Positions 1 to 12,927 of a DNA stretch of 64,000 bases are shown here, piece after piece; the stretch's first letter is position 1, and each line of letters starts with the position of its first letter. Source of the stretch: Eledone cirrhosa. Lineage: Eukaryota. The notes beneath the pieces are model-generated. The model was not told the DNA's origin. It saw only the letters and a list, made by a program, of their open reading frames with translations, and ran no database searches. The stretch is taken from positions 317,564,001-317,628,000 of the forward strand of contig OZ024741.1 of the NCBI GenBank assembly GCA_964016885.1, read 5' to 3'. The position numbers and the translations under genes were made by a program.

Positions 1-631
1 TCCATACTGGAATAGGTTGGACAGGTCATCATAAACCAAGTCAGTACCTAGAGTTACCATCCTCTCACTAATTGACTGGGGGTCCACATTTCGCTTACAT
101 TCCGATTTTTATGGCTAGATGCTTTTCCTATCATTAATCCCTTTACAAAGTGTACTGGATGCATTTTACTATGTCACCAGCACTGAAGAGGATGTTGTGT
201 CCTTGATGCAACTGAAAAAGAGTCCTTTCAATCCTTTGTTTGGCATAGTTTTTTCAGCTGGATGCGTTTTATCGTGGCTCCAACACTAAAGAAGTTATGT
301 CCATGCTGAAGTGCCCTCTCAAGCATTGATTAGCTATTCAAATCCTCAGAATATATGTTTTTTCTGTAGTTATTCTGGTGCCACTATGAAAAGCAGCCAG
401 TCCACCTTGTAAAGCAGTAATGGTGGTGCCACAAAAAAAATGCTCCTAGTACACGCTGTAAAGTGGTTGGCATTAGGAGAGGCTGTAGAAACCAAGCTAA
501 AAACAGATTCGAGCATCTGACATGGCTAACCTCATAACATGACAACCCATTTAACCTATACAAGCATGGAAAATAGATGTTAGATGATGATGATGTTCAT
601 TAAAATATTAGCATTTTTGAAATCTCTTTAA

Positions 632-3178
632 CCCTTTCGTTACCAAACCGCCCGAAAATAATGTTGGTTCATGTGACCAAGCCGCTCAAAACCGCCCGTA
701 CTCACACATTCATATTTAAATGAGAATATCAGAGCAAATCTCGTTAGTACATTCGTGAAAACACGTGATTATACTGCGTAAACAATTGAGCTACAGTTTT
801 GGACAACGATCGACGTGTTATTTTAATTCTGTAAATTTTGGGAGATTTTTTTCAAAATTTGTTCGTTGTGTTTTGAAAATTTGTAATTCTGACAAAAAAA
901 TGGATACCAATTTCATTCAGTCAAGCAGCGAGTCAGAATTCGAAGGAATTTCCTCTGAAGACCTTGAAAAATCTAACTCTATAACTGAAAAAAAAAGCAT
1001 GTGGTATTTGATAATGAATCCGATGTTTCATTTTCCGAAAGTGAAAACAGTGAATCCGAAAGCTCCGATGACAGCGATAAAGAAAATGAATTGGCACCTG
1101 AATGGAGTAAAAATTAAAAAACTGTTTCTTTCAGTGATTTTTGTGAAGAAACTGGACCAAGTCACAGTCTATCCCAGGAGAGCAAAGCTTTAGACTATTT
1201 CCATTTACTTTTTCTATGAGCTTGTTTGAAATTATTACGGCGGAAACAAACCGTTACACTGAAAGTAAACAAAGCGAAAAAAAAGGATAGTTTGTGGTTT
1301 CCCACAAGCTTAAATGAAATTAGAGCTTATTTTGCCATAAATATTATTATGGGCATTAGAAAGCTACTCAGAATTACAAATTACTGGAGTAGCGATGAAC
1401 CCTTTGGAGACGAATATGTCTCGATTATAATAACGAGGACACGGTTTTTTAAATTGACGCAATATTTACATGTAAGAGACACGAGCAGTACACCAGTACG
1501 GGGAGAACCAAACTATGATCCCTTATTTAAAATAAGACCCCTCATTGACTGTGTTCAAAACACATATAAAACAGTTTACAAACCAGGGAGATATTTATCT
1601 ATCGATGAGGGTATGGTGGGCTATAAAGGCCGAGTGCGTTTTCGACAATATATGCCAGGAAAGCCCACAAGATGGGGGATCAAAGTTTGGAAGATTTGTG
1701 AATCGAATACTGGGTACTGCTCTGGATTTGAATTTTATACTGGCAAAAGAGACAATTATGTAAGTCTGCATGGCCTAGGGTATGATGTGGTCTGGAATTT
1801 ATCACTTCCATACCATAACCAGGGCCGTATATTATTTTTTGACCGGTTTTTCAATTCGGTCAAACTTGCGGAGAATTTAGATACTGTGGAAACACATACA
1901 TGTGCTACAGTGATCGCTAATAGAAAAGGACTGCCGTTGGATATAAAAAAATCAAAATAAAAAAAAAAGGTGAAATAATTCAACGGCAGAAAGGAAATTT
2001 GCTAGTGACTACATACAGAGATAAGAGGCAGATCAATTTTCTGTCTACCTGTGCACGGCCACATGTGGATGAAAATGGCACCCCATTTGTGAATCTCGAT
2101 TATAACAGGTACATGGGTGGTGTAGATCGGATGAATCAGATGATGTCTTATTATCCAGTTGGCAGATCGGGGAATAAATGGTGGCGATACCTGGTTTGGT
2201 ATATAGTAAATATGAGTATTACTAATGCGTTTCTGCTATATACCAAATCGGGACCGGCTCGAAAGCGATGCGACCATCTGCAGTTCCGAGCAGATGTAGC
2301 AACACAATTAAGAGCTGGTTATTCCTAAAAAAAAATAACTGTAAGGAGAAAAAACAAACCCTGCCAGAGGGATATCCGTCAATTCAGCTGATCTCCATAA
2401 ATTAGCAAAAAAAAAAAAAATCGAGGGTCGCAAAAAGCAGTGTCGGGAGTGCCTTCATCAAAAAAGGAAAGCTCCTAGTGGAAGGTCTGTTGAAACAACT
2501 TTCCAATGTGCATTCTGCAAGGTTGCATTATGTAGAGCAGGGTGCTTTACAAGTTTTCATGATAGGAATATTGTTTGATTTGTACATATGTGTGATTTTA
2601 TTTTCTTAATATTTTCAAATTTACTTCGTTTTTATTTTTCTTTGTGTAATTTTAATTTACCTGTAAGGTGAGTGACGAGTTAATTAATTTCTTTTGTAAA
2701 TCATTATTGTATATTTCTGCGTATCTATGTATGTCGGAGAGCTTATTTAATCTAGTTGATGGTGTGTGTGTATTTTGTTTTCTAGTTTTCTTCACAGACA
2801 AATTCCAGTCTTTCGTTTTATTTATACCTCTATGGTACACCTGTCTTTTGTGTGTTTAAATTCACCTGATAAATCCAGTAATGTGCACAACTCTTCTATA
2901 GTAAAATTTTGTTGTATACCCAATTGAATATTAGCTAATAACCCATTTTCTATAGCGATGTTTGAACAAAATTTAAATAATTTCATATTTTGTTGAATTT
3001 ACCTGTATTTACCTGTAATTAGAGTCACTTTGAGACAAAAATTATGGAATAGAATTGGTTGAGAACCTTTCGTTAAATTTTCTTCAAAAAATCACATTAA
3101 TATGTTGATAAATAAAAAAGTTAGAAATTAATTGAAACACATAAGGGTATTTTGGTTAGAAATATGGTAACAAAAGGG
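632..3178 (+). mobile_element. piggyBac DNA transposon, full length, transposase disrupted
   Basis: TTAA at 628-631 and 3179-3182; TIRs CCCTTTCGTTACCA / TGGTAACAAAAGGG. ORF pieces 1226-1960 and 1999-2328 carry the piggyBac DDD motifs (SIDE, FDRFF, MGGVD). A C-terminal Cys-rich tail (CRECLHQK...CAFCKVALCRAGCF) ends near 2577. Confidence 0.95.
900..2578 (+). pseudogene. piggyBac transposase (PGBD-like), frameshifted/nonsense
   Basis: Acidic N-terminus MDTNFIQSSSESEFEG, catalytic core and C-terminal Cys-rich domain are split over several frames. Confidence 0.9.
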
Positions 3179-3226
3179 TTAAAATGTTTTCAGCCTCCTC
3201 AAATGTAAATATAACTTTCCAGTTAC

Positions 3227-3316
3227 CTGTTTCCCAAACTTTCGAGCAGCTCTTAACTTCTTCGCCTTTTCCGATCTTTCCATTCCAATTTCTTGAGCAA
3301 GTAATTTCTCACGAAT
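3227..3316 (-). CDS. EBNA1BP2: EBP2 coding exon 5 (IREKLLAQEIGMERSEKAKKLRAARKFGKQ); gene continues beyond window start
   Basis: AG/GT boundaries, phase 0/0; matches the conserved Ebp2 MERSEKAK..R..RK.GK segment. Confidence 0.9.
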
Positions 3317-3557
3317 CTGCAAGAAAAATAAACCAAAAAAGAAAATAATGAAATTTAATATAAAAATTCAGTACTAAAAGAAAATTAATGCAACAACAAA
3401 ATAACGCAAATTAATCTATCAAAGTAACCCCAAGATATCTATTTCATTGATTGTATGCATAGTGAATATGTCCAAGAGCAATTGCTAATTCCCTGACAAA
3501 ACTATGAAGAAAATATCTGGTGTTGGAGCAATATATTATTAATCCTCAATTAAATTC

Positions 3558-3950
3558 AGGTGGATTGGCAGTATCGGTAGAGTGTTGGACGCCATGCTTT
3601 GCAGCAAAGACTTATGGCCCTTTATGGCCTGAGTTCAAATCCCACCGAGGTTAACTGCCTTTCATCCTTACTGGATCGATAAAATAAAGTACCAGTAATA
3701 CACTGGAATAATTGCTGGCCTTGTGCCAAAAGCAGAAACAATTATATTTCTAATGGTAGTATCGGTAGAGCGTCGGACATGCTTTGTGACGTGGAGTTAC
3801 GGCCCTTTACGTTCTAAGTTCAAATCCCACAAAGGTTAGCTTAGCCTTTCATCCTTACGGGGTCAATAAAATAAAGCACCAGTAATGCACTGGGGTCGAT
3901 TTAATCGACCCCCCCCCCCAATTGCTGGTCTTGTACCTATAGTAGAAATT
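3558..3950 (+). mobile_element. Two tandem tRNA-derived SINEs with a Nin/Deu-type central domain
   Basis: B-box-like GAGTTCAAATCC followed by GCCTTTCATCCTT..GG.TC.ATAAAATAAAG.ACC. Further copies near 11310-11460, 19060-19250(-), 31130-31290(-), 32320-32440(-), 46390-46540 and 59400-59550(-). Confidence 0.75.
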
Positions 3951-4303
3951 ATGCCTATAGATTTTCAAATCATTTTGAAAATAATAAAGAATTTGGAAGG
4001 ATTTAGTAATATATCGTATATACTCAAATATATATTAACTCCCACCCCTATTTTATGTCTGACAAATGGGCAGAAGTTCCAATCCCATTTATAAGCTGCG
4101 GCAGCAGCTAATCAACAAATTGTTTAGATAGCGTATATGATGACCTTCCCGTTTTACCATCGATTTTTTGGTCACATGTTCCTCAACTTAAAATCAAGTA
4201 TATACGGTAATTAATTATATAATTATTAAACTGCCCATCCAACCCTTGCTAGCAGGGAAAGGGAACATTTAATGAGGATGATGATGATGAAACTGCTGTT
4301 TAA

Positions 4304-4491
4304 CCATTTAGCATTTAAACCAGCCATATCTGGCCAGAATTCCATTACCTCTTTGTTCAAACCGGCTGTAACTGGCCACTTATAGTGATGTTATGGTATT
4401 GTTCTCAAAATAAATAATATCAATATCTCATAGATTCAATATTATCGTAAAAATACAATAGTAAATATAAAGTAATGTAAATGCTAAAGGG
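4304..4491. mobile_element. TTAA-targeting MITE (piggyBac-type TIR CCCTTTAGCATTTA)
   Basis: Left TTAA, matching TIRs and shared ~190-220 bp internal sequence. Confidence 0.85.
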
Positions 4492-4704
4492 TTACAGCAT
4501 AGCTTCAGAAAATGTTCTTATATAAAATTCTGATGGCAGGTTTTTAGATAAATATAAACAATTTTAACACATTTGTTACTATACATGAAAGTACTGCCTA
4601 TGATAGATGGTTTTTAAGATAATCAAAAATTTTGAGGGATTTAGTGATTATAAGTAACTTTCTAGTTCTTACAAAAAATGATAATTCAAATAGTAACACT
4701 TTAA

Positions 4705-4905
4705 CCTTTTAGCATTTACATTACTCTATATTTACTATTGGTAAAGGCTTTACCTCACACAATTATCTTACATAATACTGAATCTATGAGATTTTGATAT
4801 TATTTATTTTGAGAACAACACCTTTATATCAGTATGAGTGGCCAGTTTGAACAGAAAGAGGTGAGAGAATTCTGACTGGATACAGATGGTTTAAATGCTA
4901 AAGGG
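4705..4905. mobile_element. TTAA MITE copy
   Basis: TTAA on both sides; same TIR family. Confidence 0.88.
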
Positions 4906-5020
4906 TTAAAACATGGTTTTTCATCAGAGCCATAAGTAGTTTCAGGCAGTTTGATATCAAAACAGTTAATCAAATCTAATAATCAGTTAGTTCAATCAAT
5001 TATCCAATATATTTACTTAC

Positions 5021-5144
5021 CCTCTTCATATGTAAGTCAGATTTAGCCATTTCTGCAAAATAGTCATCAGGTCTTTTGGTAGGAATTCCATTCTTTTTAA
5101 GTTTTGGCATTACATTCAGCACCGTGGCTTGGGCTTGTTTATAG
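5021..5144 (-). CDS. EBNA1BP2: EBP2 coding exon 4 (YKQAQATVLNVMPKLKKNGIPTKRPDDYFAEMAKSDLHMKR)
   Basis: Hallmark Ebp2 motif RP.DYFAEMAKSD; canonical splice sites; phase consistent with neighbouring exons. Confidence 0.95.
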
Positions 5145-6156
5145 CTAGGTTGAAGAATATTATAAGGAATAATTAATAAATCATCATTTTACAGACATTT
5201 GTGAAATTGGGTAGACGGAAACTGTTAGGCAGCCTCTCAGATGGACTGTACCAGTAAATTCATAGACCAGTCTTCTTAGACATTGTTTCATGTTAAATAA
5301 CCCTAAAAATTATATTAGAGGAACACGAGTCAGTGAAATGTTCAGCCACTTGCACATTAATTTCACAAGCAGGCTGTTCCATTGATCAAACAACTTAGTC
5401 GAGACCAATTGAGATCTATAATATATCATTTATTCATTTATTAATTTTACCAATATATGCAAACAAGGTCCCACCCTTGCAAGCAGGGAAAAGCGGACGT
5501 AAAATGATGATGATGAAGGTCAGTAGAGTAACCTGAGCTACCTGGCTGGACACCTATCGTAGTGGTGGACAGTGAAGCATTCTGCCACTAAACTCCTCAA
5601 TATACTGGCACAGACAACATGAATGTTGATGTCCACTAGACCATACGATTCCAGTACATAAGATAAATGTTTGGCCAAACAAAACTCAAAGGAAAAATAT
5701 CTCAACAACTGTGAAGAGTGAAGGACCATAATTTATGTTGGGGACTCTTAGCAGGTTGTATACTAAATAGAGGGCTGGGTAGTGGTGGGTAGTTGATCAA
5801 TCCCCTACTTCCATGCCTGTGAGCAGGTGTTAAGAGTAAATCTAATTCATAAGGGGACAGGCTTCAAAAGAACAAGTATCCGTCCATCCCTTTATTTATA
5901 GCCCATACTGAAATAGGAATGTTATATAACAGCCTTATGACTTAAAAAGGGGGTCTGATGAAGTTGTGTTGGTGGATGCAAGACTGCATTATGTAATCAT
6001 GAACACCACAGAAATACGTATTACAGCAGATTCTGAATAAAATGAGTTATGAATTTTTACATTTACTCTTCGCAATTATCATTACTGTACACGTGATTGA
6101 GTGCTTAAATCTATAATTGCTTTATCGTTTCCTGATTGGAGTGTTGCATACATTAA

Positions 6157-6364
6157 CCCTTTAGCATTTACATTACTCTATATTTACTATTGTATTTTCA
6201 CAGTAAACACTTTATCTCACAAAATATGGAATCTACAAGATTTTGATATCATTTATTTTGAGAACAATAACTTAACATAAGTATGAGCAGCCAGTTACGG
6301 CCTGTTTGAACAGAAAGAGGTGAGAGAATTCTGACCAGATATGGCTGGTTTAAATGCTGAAGGG
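6157..6364. mobile_element. TTAA MITE copy
   Basis: TTAA on both sides; same TIR family. Confidence 0.88.
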
Positions 6365-6367
6365 TTA

Positions 6368-6567
6368 AGAAGGCTGTAAAAAGGGTCCTAGACACCTTCA
6401 CTTCAGAGGACTTCCATGGGACCTTCACAAAGTGGTTGGAGCACTACAACAATAGCATTGAAGTCAGAGGATCCTACTTTGAAAGAGAGTAGAGGTTTGT
6501 ATTTCTTTGAAATTAATAAATGTCTCTCCTGAAGAAGTCTCCAAACTTCTTAAATGCACCTTGTGTA
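6368..6567 (+). mobile_element. 3' fragment of a mariner-like element
   Basis: Degenerate transposase C-terminus (F..W.EHYN..IEVRGSYFE) followed by a TIR-like end and TA. Confidence 0.5.
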
Positions 6568-6663
6568 TATATAATATAATATAGAAATGGCTTCTACAGG
6601 ACTAGAACTGTTTCATTCGGAAATCATCAGGAAAGACAGTATATATATATATAGAAACTTTAA

Positions 6664-8125
6664 CCCTTTAGCATTCACATTGAATTGTCAAATGTCATGT
6701 TCATCTATTCGCATTATTTTCACTTAATTATACTCAAGAGGGTTATCAATTTTATTTGTTTGTAATTACTTTAATTTTCTATGTGCAGACTTGAAATTTT
6801 GTCAGTAGATGTTTAAATAACTATAATTTACAATTATATATTTTTACCTGATTTTTTTTTGTTAAATTTGACTTTTATGGGCAGGTGAAATTAATTAACA
6901 GGTGTAAAAGTAATAACTTTATGGATAAGCACAAAAATTTAAACTTTATCTGCCTTATCTGTTAGATTTGTTGCAAAAAAATCCAATAATGACCTAGATG
7001 CTGATTTCCATCAATTCTAGCAGTTTTCTGAACAGGTGAATTAATTAAAAATGCAGGTGTAATCAGTACACGGTTTTAGCCTTTCTCTACATTCCAAGCA
7101 AATATTTTCATTGAAAAAAATGTATAAAACCTTTTCACTGGTCAAAATAATATTGGCAATGTACTCTGTAAATGTACGGTGTAAAATTACGTAACAGAAA
7201 GTTCCCAATATATAAGTTTATACACACTTTTAAATTTTTCTGACAATATTTCAATTAATGGTCGTACTTTGTACAGTGGGTTGTAATTTGATTCATTTCT
7301 ACCAGGGGCATTTGAAGTATCAATAAGATGCAAATACTGGTTTAATTTAATGAATCTCGTTTTTGCCATAATACTAGATATATAAGGGTCACCAAACCTT
7401 ATATCAGTACTCCAATAATTCCACAGTCATGGAAATTGTTTAATACCAAACATAATATTTATGGTAAAAAACGCTTTCATTTCGGCAGAATCTGTCGGAC
7501 GCCATAACAGATCGGGTTTTCCGATATTAGAAATTTGTTGTTGTGCGATTTGCCACAACTTCGAAGAAAGATTGTGGTAAAAATAAAAAATAATAATCCA
7601 GTGCTTTAGCATCGGGTGGTAATGTGTGTTGTGGTCCAATATTTTCAGTAAAATCCAAAACATGTATCGATGTTTCTTTCAACCATGTTGCTGTTTTTTC
7701 AATGGTGTCAGTCAAATCTTCTCTTTCACTTTCAAAGTAACTATCATCATTATCAGATATATCAGAAATAAATATATCTGATTCGTTTGAAGATAAATCA
7801 CTGATATTATCTTCTGTTTCTTTTTGATCTCGAATGTCGTCGGACGTAAAACCTTCAAATTCGTTGTTGCTACTTTCGGAAGCCATGTTACACTTTCAAC
7901 GTTAAAAACACGTGTTATCGCAAGTTCTTTAAGTATACTAAGAGTTAATTTTCGCGCGTAAGGGCTTTATCTCGCAGTAATCTCGAATTGACGAGATTTC
8001 GATGATGTCAATGTTTATTTTTAGAAAGAAATCTCCGTGTGCTATTAAATGTCGGTTTTTGTCGGTTTGAATAAATGAAAGGGGACATAATCTTGTCGGT
8101 TTTTGTCGCTTTGAATGCTAAAGGG
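6664..8125 (-). mobile_element. Internally deleted piggyBac (second family)
   Basis: TTAA at 6660-6663 and 8126-8129; TIRs CCCTTTAGCATTCA / TGAATGCTAAAGGG. ORF pieces 7527-7886, 7427-7663 and 7187-7369 give only the N-terminal transposase (MASESSNNEFEGF...YNPLYKVRPLI). Confidence 0.92.
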
Positions 8126-8147
8126 TTAAGGAAGCCCTTTTATATAT

Positions 8148-8986
8148 CATCATCATCATCAACGTTTAACGTCCGTGTTCCACGCTTGCATGGGTTTGGA
8201 CGGGGGTAGTCCCACTTGAGGCAAGAGTGATTGTCTTGCTCGCATAGGACTGTCTGGCAGGTTTTCTACAGTTGGATGCCCTTCCTAACACCAACCACAT
8301 TTACAGTGTGGGTCTGGGAGGTTTTTACCGTGTTGCCTACACGGCCACATTACAGCGTGGACTGTGTGTTTTTTTTTTTGTCGTGACACCTACACGATCT
8401 CATTTGTTTCGGCCTATGGCGCGGCACCAACATAACTTTACATAGAACGGGGTGGTGTGGATGGGGTGGGGCTGGTGGTGGTGGGACGGGGTGTATTTTG
8501 TTAGAGATGCCTACTGGTTGGAGTAGGTTTTACTATATATTTAGGTAAGGCGGGTCTTCTCTGTTACTGAGTACCGCCAAAGGTCTCGGTCCAGTGACAT
8601 TGTCTTGGAGAGGTGTAAGTGTGTGATGTCGGAGTTTATCAGCTCGTCCCAGGTTTTTCTAGGTCTGCCTATACCGTGACTACCGTCTATCTTTATTGCC
8701 CTGCACTTTGTTATACAGCTATCGACTTTCATGCGCATCACGTGTCCATACCAACGTAGCCTTCTCTCGAGTAAACAACATCTGATCCCTCTTATCTCTA
8801 ATTTTTTCCTTAGTTCGTTTATGCTTTGCCGTTCACGTATATTACTGTTACACATCCAGCGGAGCATGCAAGCTTCGTTCCTCTCTAGTCTGCGTATATC
8901 CTCTGCACACAATGCCCAGGTCTCACTGCCATGCAGCATTGCTGTTCGTATGCAGGCATCGTACAACCTGCCTTTCATTTTTAGGG
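8148..8986 (-). mobile_element. 5'-truncated RTE LINE (3' end with (GAT)n tail) inserted in (TA)n
   Basis: C-terminal 145 aa identical to those of the 35686-36123 copy (RRLRWYGHV, GRPRKTW); same 3' UTR and tail. Confidence 0.92.
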
Positions 8987-9189
8987 GATATATATATATA
9001 TATATATATAAAAGGGCTTCCTTAAAGTTTCCATCGACCAGAATCACTCACAAAACATTGATGACTTTCCTAAGGTCACAATGGGACCAAAGCCTCTTGC
9101 TTCCAAAGATTTAACATAGCTATGTTTGTGGCCACATTCTAAAAATAGCATTAACTCAACTAAAATCCTCATCATCATTCTGTAGCTAC

Positions 9190-9640
9190 CAGAGTGCATT
9201 GGGTGTATTTTATCATGGTATCAACACAACTACTTTATAGTGTGTACTGGGTGTATTTTATCAGGGCACCTGCACTACTATTTTACAGAGGGTACTGAGT
9301 GCATTTTATCAGCACCACTTTACAGTATGTACTGGGAGTATTTTAACATGGCACCAGCACAAATATTTTATAGAGAGCTTGGTGCATTTTAATGTGGCAC
9401 CAGCACCACCATTTTACAGTGTGTACTGGGTGTATTTTATCATTGTACCAGCATTAACATTTTACAGATTGCATTTTATCATAGCACCAACACTACTACT
9501 TACAAAGTGTACCAGGTATATTTTATCATGGCAGTAACACTATCATCTTACAGAATGAACTAAGTGCATTTTATTGTAACATAAGCACTACCACTTACAG
9601 AATTCATTTTATCATGGCACCAGTACACTAACAGAGTGCT
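9190..9640. repeat. Degenerate ~40-bp tandem array (GTGTACTGGGTG.ATTTTATCATGGCACCAGCAC..)
   Basis: About 10 diverged units; the unit resembles the internal repeat of the SINE/RTE-tail family at 80-600 and 44500-44580. Confidence 0.7.
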
Positions 9641-9855
9641 ATAGTAGGAGTTAGCCTTGCAGGCTCCTTGTCAAGCTTCTCCAATTTACTCTATCATCTG
9701 CCTCACCCCTCACCAATCCCTAGTTTTCATTTCCTCCTCCATTATCTATAACAGTGTCTTGGTCTTCCCCATACTCTACTTCCTTCACATTCACTACGAC
9801 TTTCAGGGTGTACTGTAATATTGTAAAAAATAAATATATTTGGTATAATACTCAC

Positions 9856-10016
9856 AAACAAAGTTCCCTTTGAAAGTCATTATTTACTGACTTATACTCA
9901 GCCTCACCATTAAGTTTCTGCAGTTCTTCCTTAGTTGTCATGCTGCCTGTGCAGTCAAGTCTCTCAATCCAGTTTAAATTTAACCGAAAGTCCTTTAGAA
10001 TATTTTCCATATCTTC
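9856..10016 (-). CDS. EBNA1BP2: EBP2 coding exon 3 (EDMENILKDFRLNLNWIERLDCT...NNDFQRELCF)
   Basis: W.ERLD and DFQRE motifs of Ebp2; AG/GT sites; ends in phase 2, matching exon 4. Confidence 0.92.
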
Positions 10017-10791
10017 CTAGAATTTATTAATAAAAAACATAATAGAATTGGATTGTTTCTTTTATACTTTTATTGGTTTCACTAGCTTTTAACATCATAT
10101 TATTATTTAGCAGAAAATATCTAAATATGTATTTGTTAATTCAAAAGGTTTATACTATCTTTACTGATGAACAAATCTTTGTGAAAATTTGCAGTATTAA
10201 CTCTTAATATCCAGCAATGATTTAGCAGAAAATATCTAAACATGTGTTTGTTAATTCAAATGCTTATAGTTTCATTACTAATGGACAGAAAGTTGCAAAA
10301 ATTGTGCAGTAAACTAAATGCATACAGTGTTTTATACTTTTCTTCAATGTCTTGCTAATGCAGTTTCATGTGGTACAGGACATGAAGAGTTAACGGGACT
10401 GCAACCTTTCATTCTCATATACAAAATTGTTTGTTTTACAGTGTATATTTTATGTAAGAATCAGATAAATACTGGAGTCCTTTTTGAGGCAAATGTTTTA
10501 CAGCTGGATGCCCTTCTTTGCATTGTAGCAATTTACAATAACAGTGCTGCACCAGTCTTTGCCAGATGGTTTTAGCATCTCAGCAACTATATCAGATGGT
10601 CCAGCTGCATCACCACCAAAGTGAGATTTGGGCTTAAATTTAATATTTTATATATATATATATATATACACCAACTCTTTTAGTCACCTCTTACGATATA
10701 CAGGGTTACAGTATTCTTATTTTAAGTCTGATATACACAACTTGCCCGCTTTAAGATAATAGAATATAAATACTTAGAAAAAAAGTCTTAC

Positions 10792-10875
10792 TTTTCTGTT
10801 GATGACAATTGGTGCAGGCTGAACCTCAATGTTCAGACCAGGCTTCAGTAAATTATTTGCAATTGCTGTTTGTAA
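10792..10875 (-). CDS. EBNA1BP2: EBP2 coding exon 2 (LQTAIANNLLKPGLNIEVQPAPIVINRK)
   Basis: LLKPGLN motif of metazoan Ebp2; cag/gtaag boundaries. Confidence 0.88.
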
Positions 10876-10942
10876 CTGAAAAGAGATGATAAAATGAAAG
10901 ACAAGGCTAAATAAAAGTACTATTGTCATTGCAACCTCAACA

Positions 10943-11123
10943 CAGGGTTTCCCAAATTTTTTCAAATGTGGAACCCTTTTTGGTTGAGAAACTTTTTGGG
11001 GGACCTCCATGGTCTAATACTGTTACATTGACATAATATAAATATACTCCTCTACCTTTTTTTCACGGAACCCCAGACACTCGTTTGTGGAACGCTTTTG
11101 GGGACCTATTTTGGGGACTACTG
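10943..11123. mobile_element. hAT-type MITE
   Basis: CAGGGTTTCCCAAA...TTTGGGGACTACTG ends with an 8-bp TSD CCTCAACA/CCTTAACA. Confidence 0.7.
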
Positions 11124-11820
11124 CCTTAACATGTTGTAAATTGAAAGGATGTAAGAAAAAAAACAAATTCAAAAAGATCATCATCGTTTTTATATCCACT
11201 TTTTACATGGTTGCGACAAGACTTTTTAAGGCAGATTTTCTACGACTAATGCCCATTCTGATACAAACCAAATACTTTATAGTAACTATGGTGTATATAG
11301 CATCCATACGGTGACTTGGCCCAGTTGTTAGAACATTGTATAGAAGGCTTTGCAGTATTTGTTCCGGCCTATCTGAGTGCAAATCCATCTGAGGTCAACT
11401 TTGCCTTTCATCCTTTCGAGGTCAATAAGAAAAGAACCAGTCCAGTATTGGGTTCAATTCTTCCTCTATTTCTCTTTCTCACTTCCTCTCTCCTTCTCTG
11501 GAAGAAATCAGCTGTTCTGGCCTAGATGGATGGGCTCTGCTAAGTTTAAAGTTCCCAAGATGGCTCCACCAGGAGTTAGTAGTCCATACTTACATATCAT
11601 CAAGGTAGTCAAGACAAGAACGATATCATTCATTACAGATTTTGTTTCAGAATGTTTTTCTTGGTCAGCCTGATTCACTACACACTTGCATTTTTAAGAT
11701 TTGGGTGGAATTTTATTTTTCTAAACTTATAAACATCGAATATTACGATTCTGCAAAAAATAGTTTTACAAAATTTCAATATTTCTTTCAATGAATTTCA
11801 GTGACAAAGTTTATGTAATT

Positions 11821-12927
11821 TATGAAGGTGGTCTGAAAAATTCATAGGCCGACTAGAACAGTGAATTCTTGCATGCATTAATTTCAACTCTTCTGCATTG
11901 TTTCTTTCCATGTAAACTGGCACCTGACTGTTAAAAGAAGACTTCTAATAAAATTTGGCTTTGCGGTATTATCAAGTACCTGCAGAAAAAGGCTTTAGCC
12001 TTCAAGGACACTCATACTGACATGCTTGCTACATTAGGGGATGATGCTTCAGCTTTATCAACAATGCAAAAGTTGGCAGCTGAATTTACACGGGGAAAGG
12101 AGAGTTTTGAAAACGCCCCAAGGTCTGGATGACCTGCAACAGCCACCACCGAGGAAAATATTGGTTATGTTCACCACATGGTGATGAATGACAGGCGATT
12201 AACCATAAATCAAATAACCAATGAGGGATTTGAGAATATTCTGCACAATGAACTTGGCATGACAAACGTTTCTGCTCGGTGGATGAAACATCTTCTGAGA
12301 CACTTGATCAAAAGCACAACAGGTTGATCACAATCCATATGGTTCCCTTGAACGGTTCCTAACCCAGGATGAGTGTTGAGTTCATCACTTTAAGGTAGAG
12401 ACAAAGAGGCAATCCATGCAGTGGAAATACCCCTCCTCACCTGCTCCAAAACAGGCCATGGTCGTTTCATCTGCAATGAAGGTGATGGTCTCAGCTTTTT
12501 GGGGATGCAAAAGGTATTGTGTTTATTGGCTGTCTTCAAAAGGGCCACACCACCAATGGAGAGAACTATGCCAACTGAGGCAGTTATGAAAGGCTATCAC
12601 GACCAAACGTCCAGGAAAACTGACAATGCTCCAGCACAAGTCCTTGGTGATTGCGGAATTGAACTGGTTGACCACGCTCCATATTCTCCTGATTTGGCCC
12701 CATCAACTATCATCTGTTCCTCAACGTGAAAAAACACCCGACTGGGAACCAGTATTGCAATGATGACGTCATATCCAACAGGATGAAAACTTCAATGGGA
12801 TCCAAGCACTGCAACACCGATGGAGGAAGTGTGTGAACCACATGAGGGACTATGTTATAAACCTCGTTTGGTCACATTCCATGAGAGTATCTTGGACAAC
12901 CTATGAACTTTTCAGTAGACCATTGTA
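11821..12927 (+). mobile_element. Degenerate mariner transposon
   Basis: HAPYSPDLAPS motif, GRP HTH-region remnants, and inverted ends GGTCTGAAAAATTCATAGG / CCTATGAACTTTTCAG...ACC flanked by TA. Confidence 0.85.

Noticed and set aside
3558-3660. tRNA gene
   Set aside because: The tRNA-like head continues into a repeated SINE body and cannot form a full cloverleaf.
6595-6640. Minus-strand CTGATGA...GAAAC...GTC hammerhead-like string
   Set aside because: Stems I and III do not pair convincingly; at best a decayed remnant.
10100-10320. Intronic snoRNA candidates in EBP2
   Set aside because: Only a diverged ~115-bp tandem duplication; no convincing box C/D or H/ACA arrangement on the sense strand.
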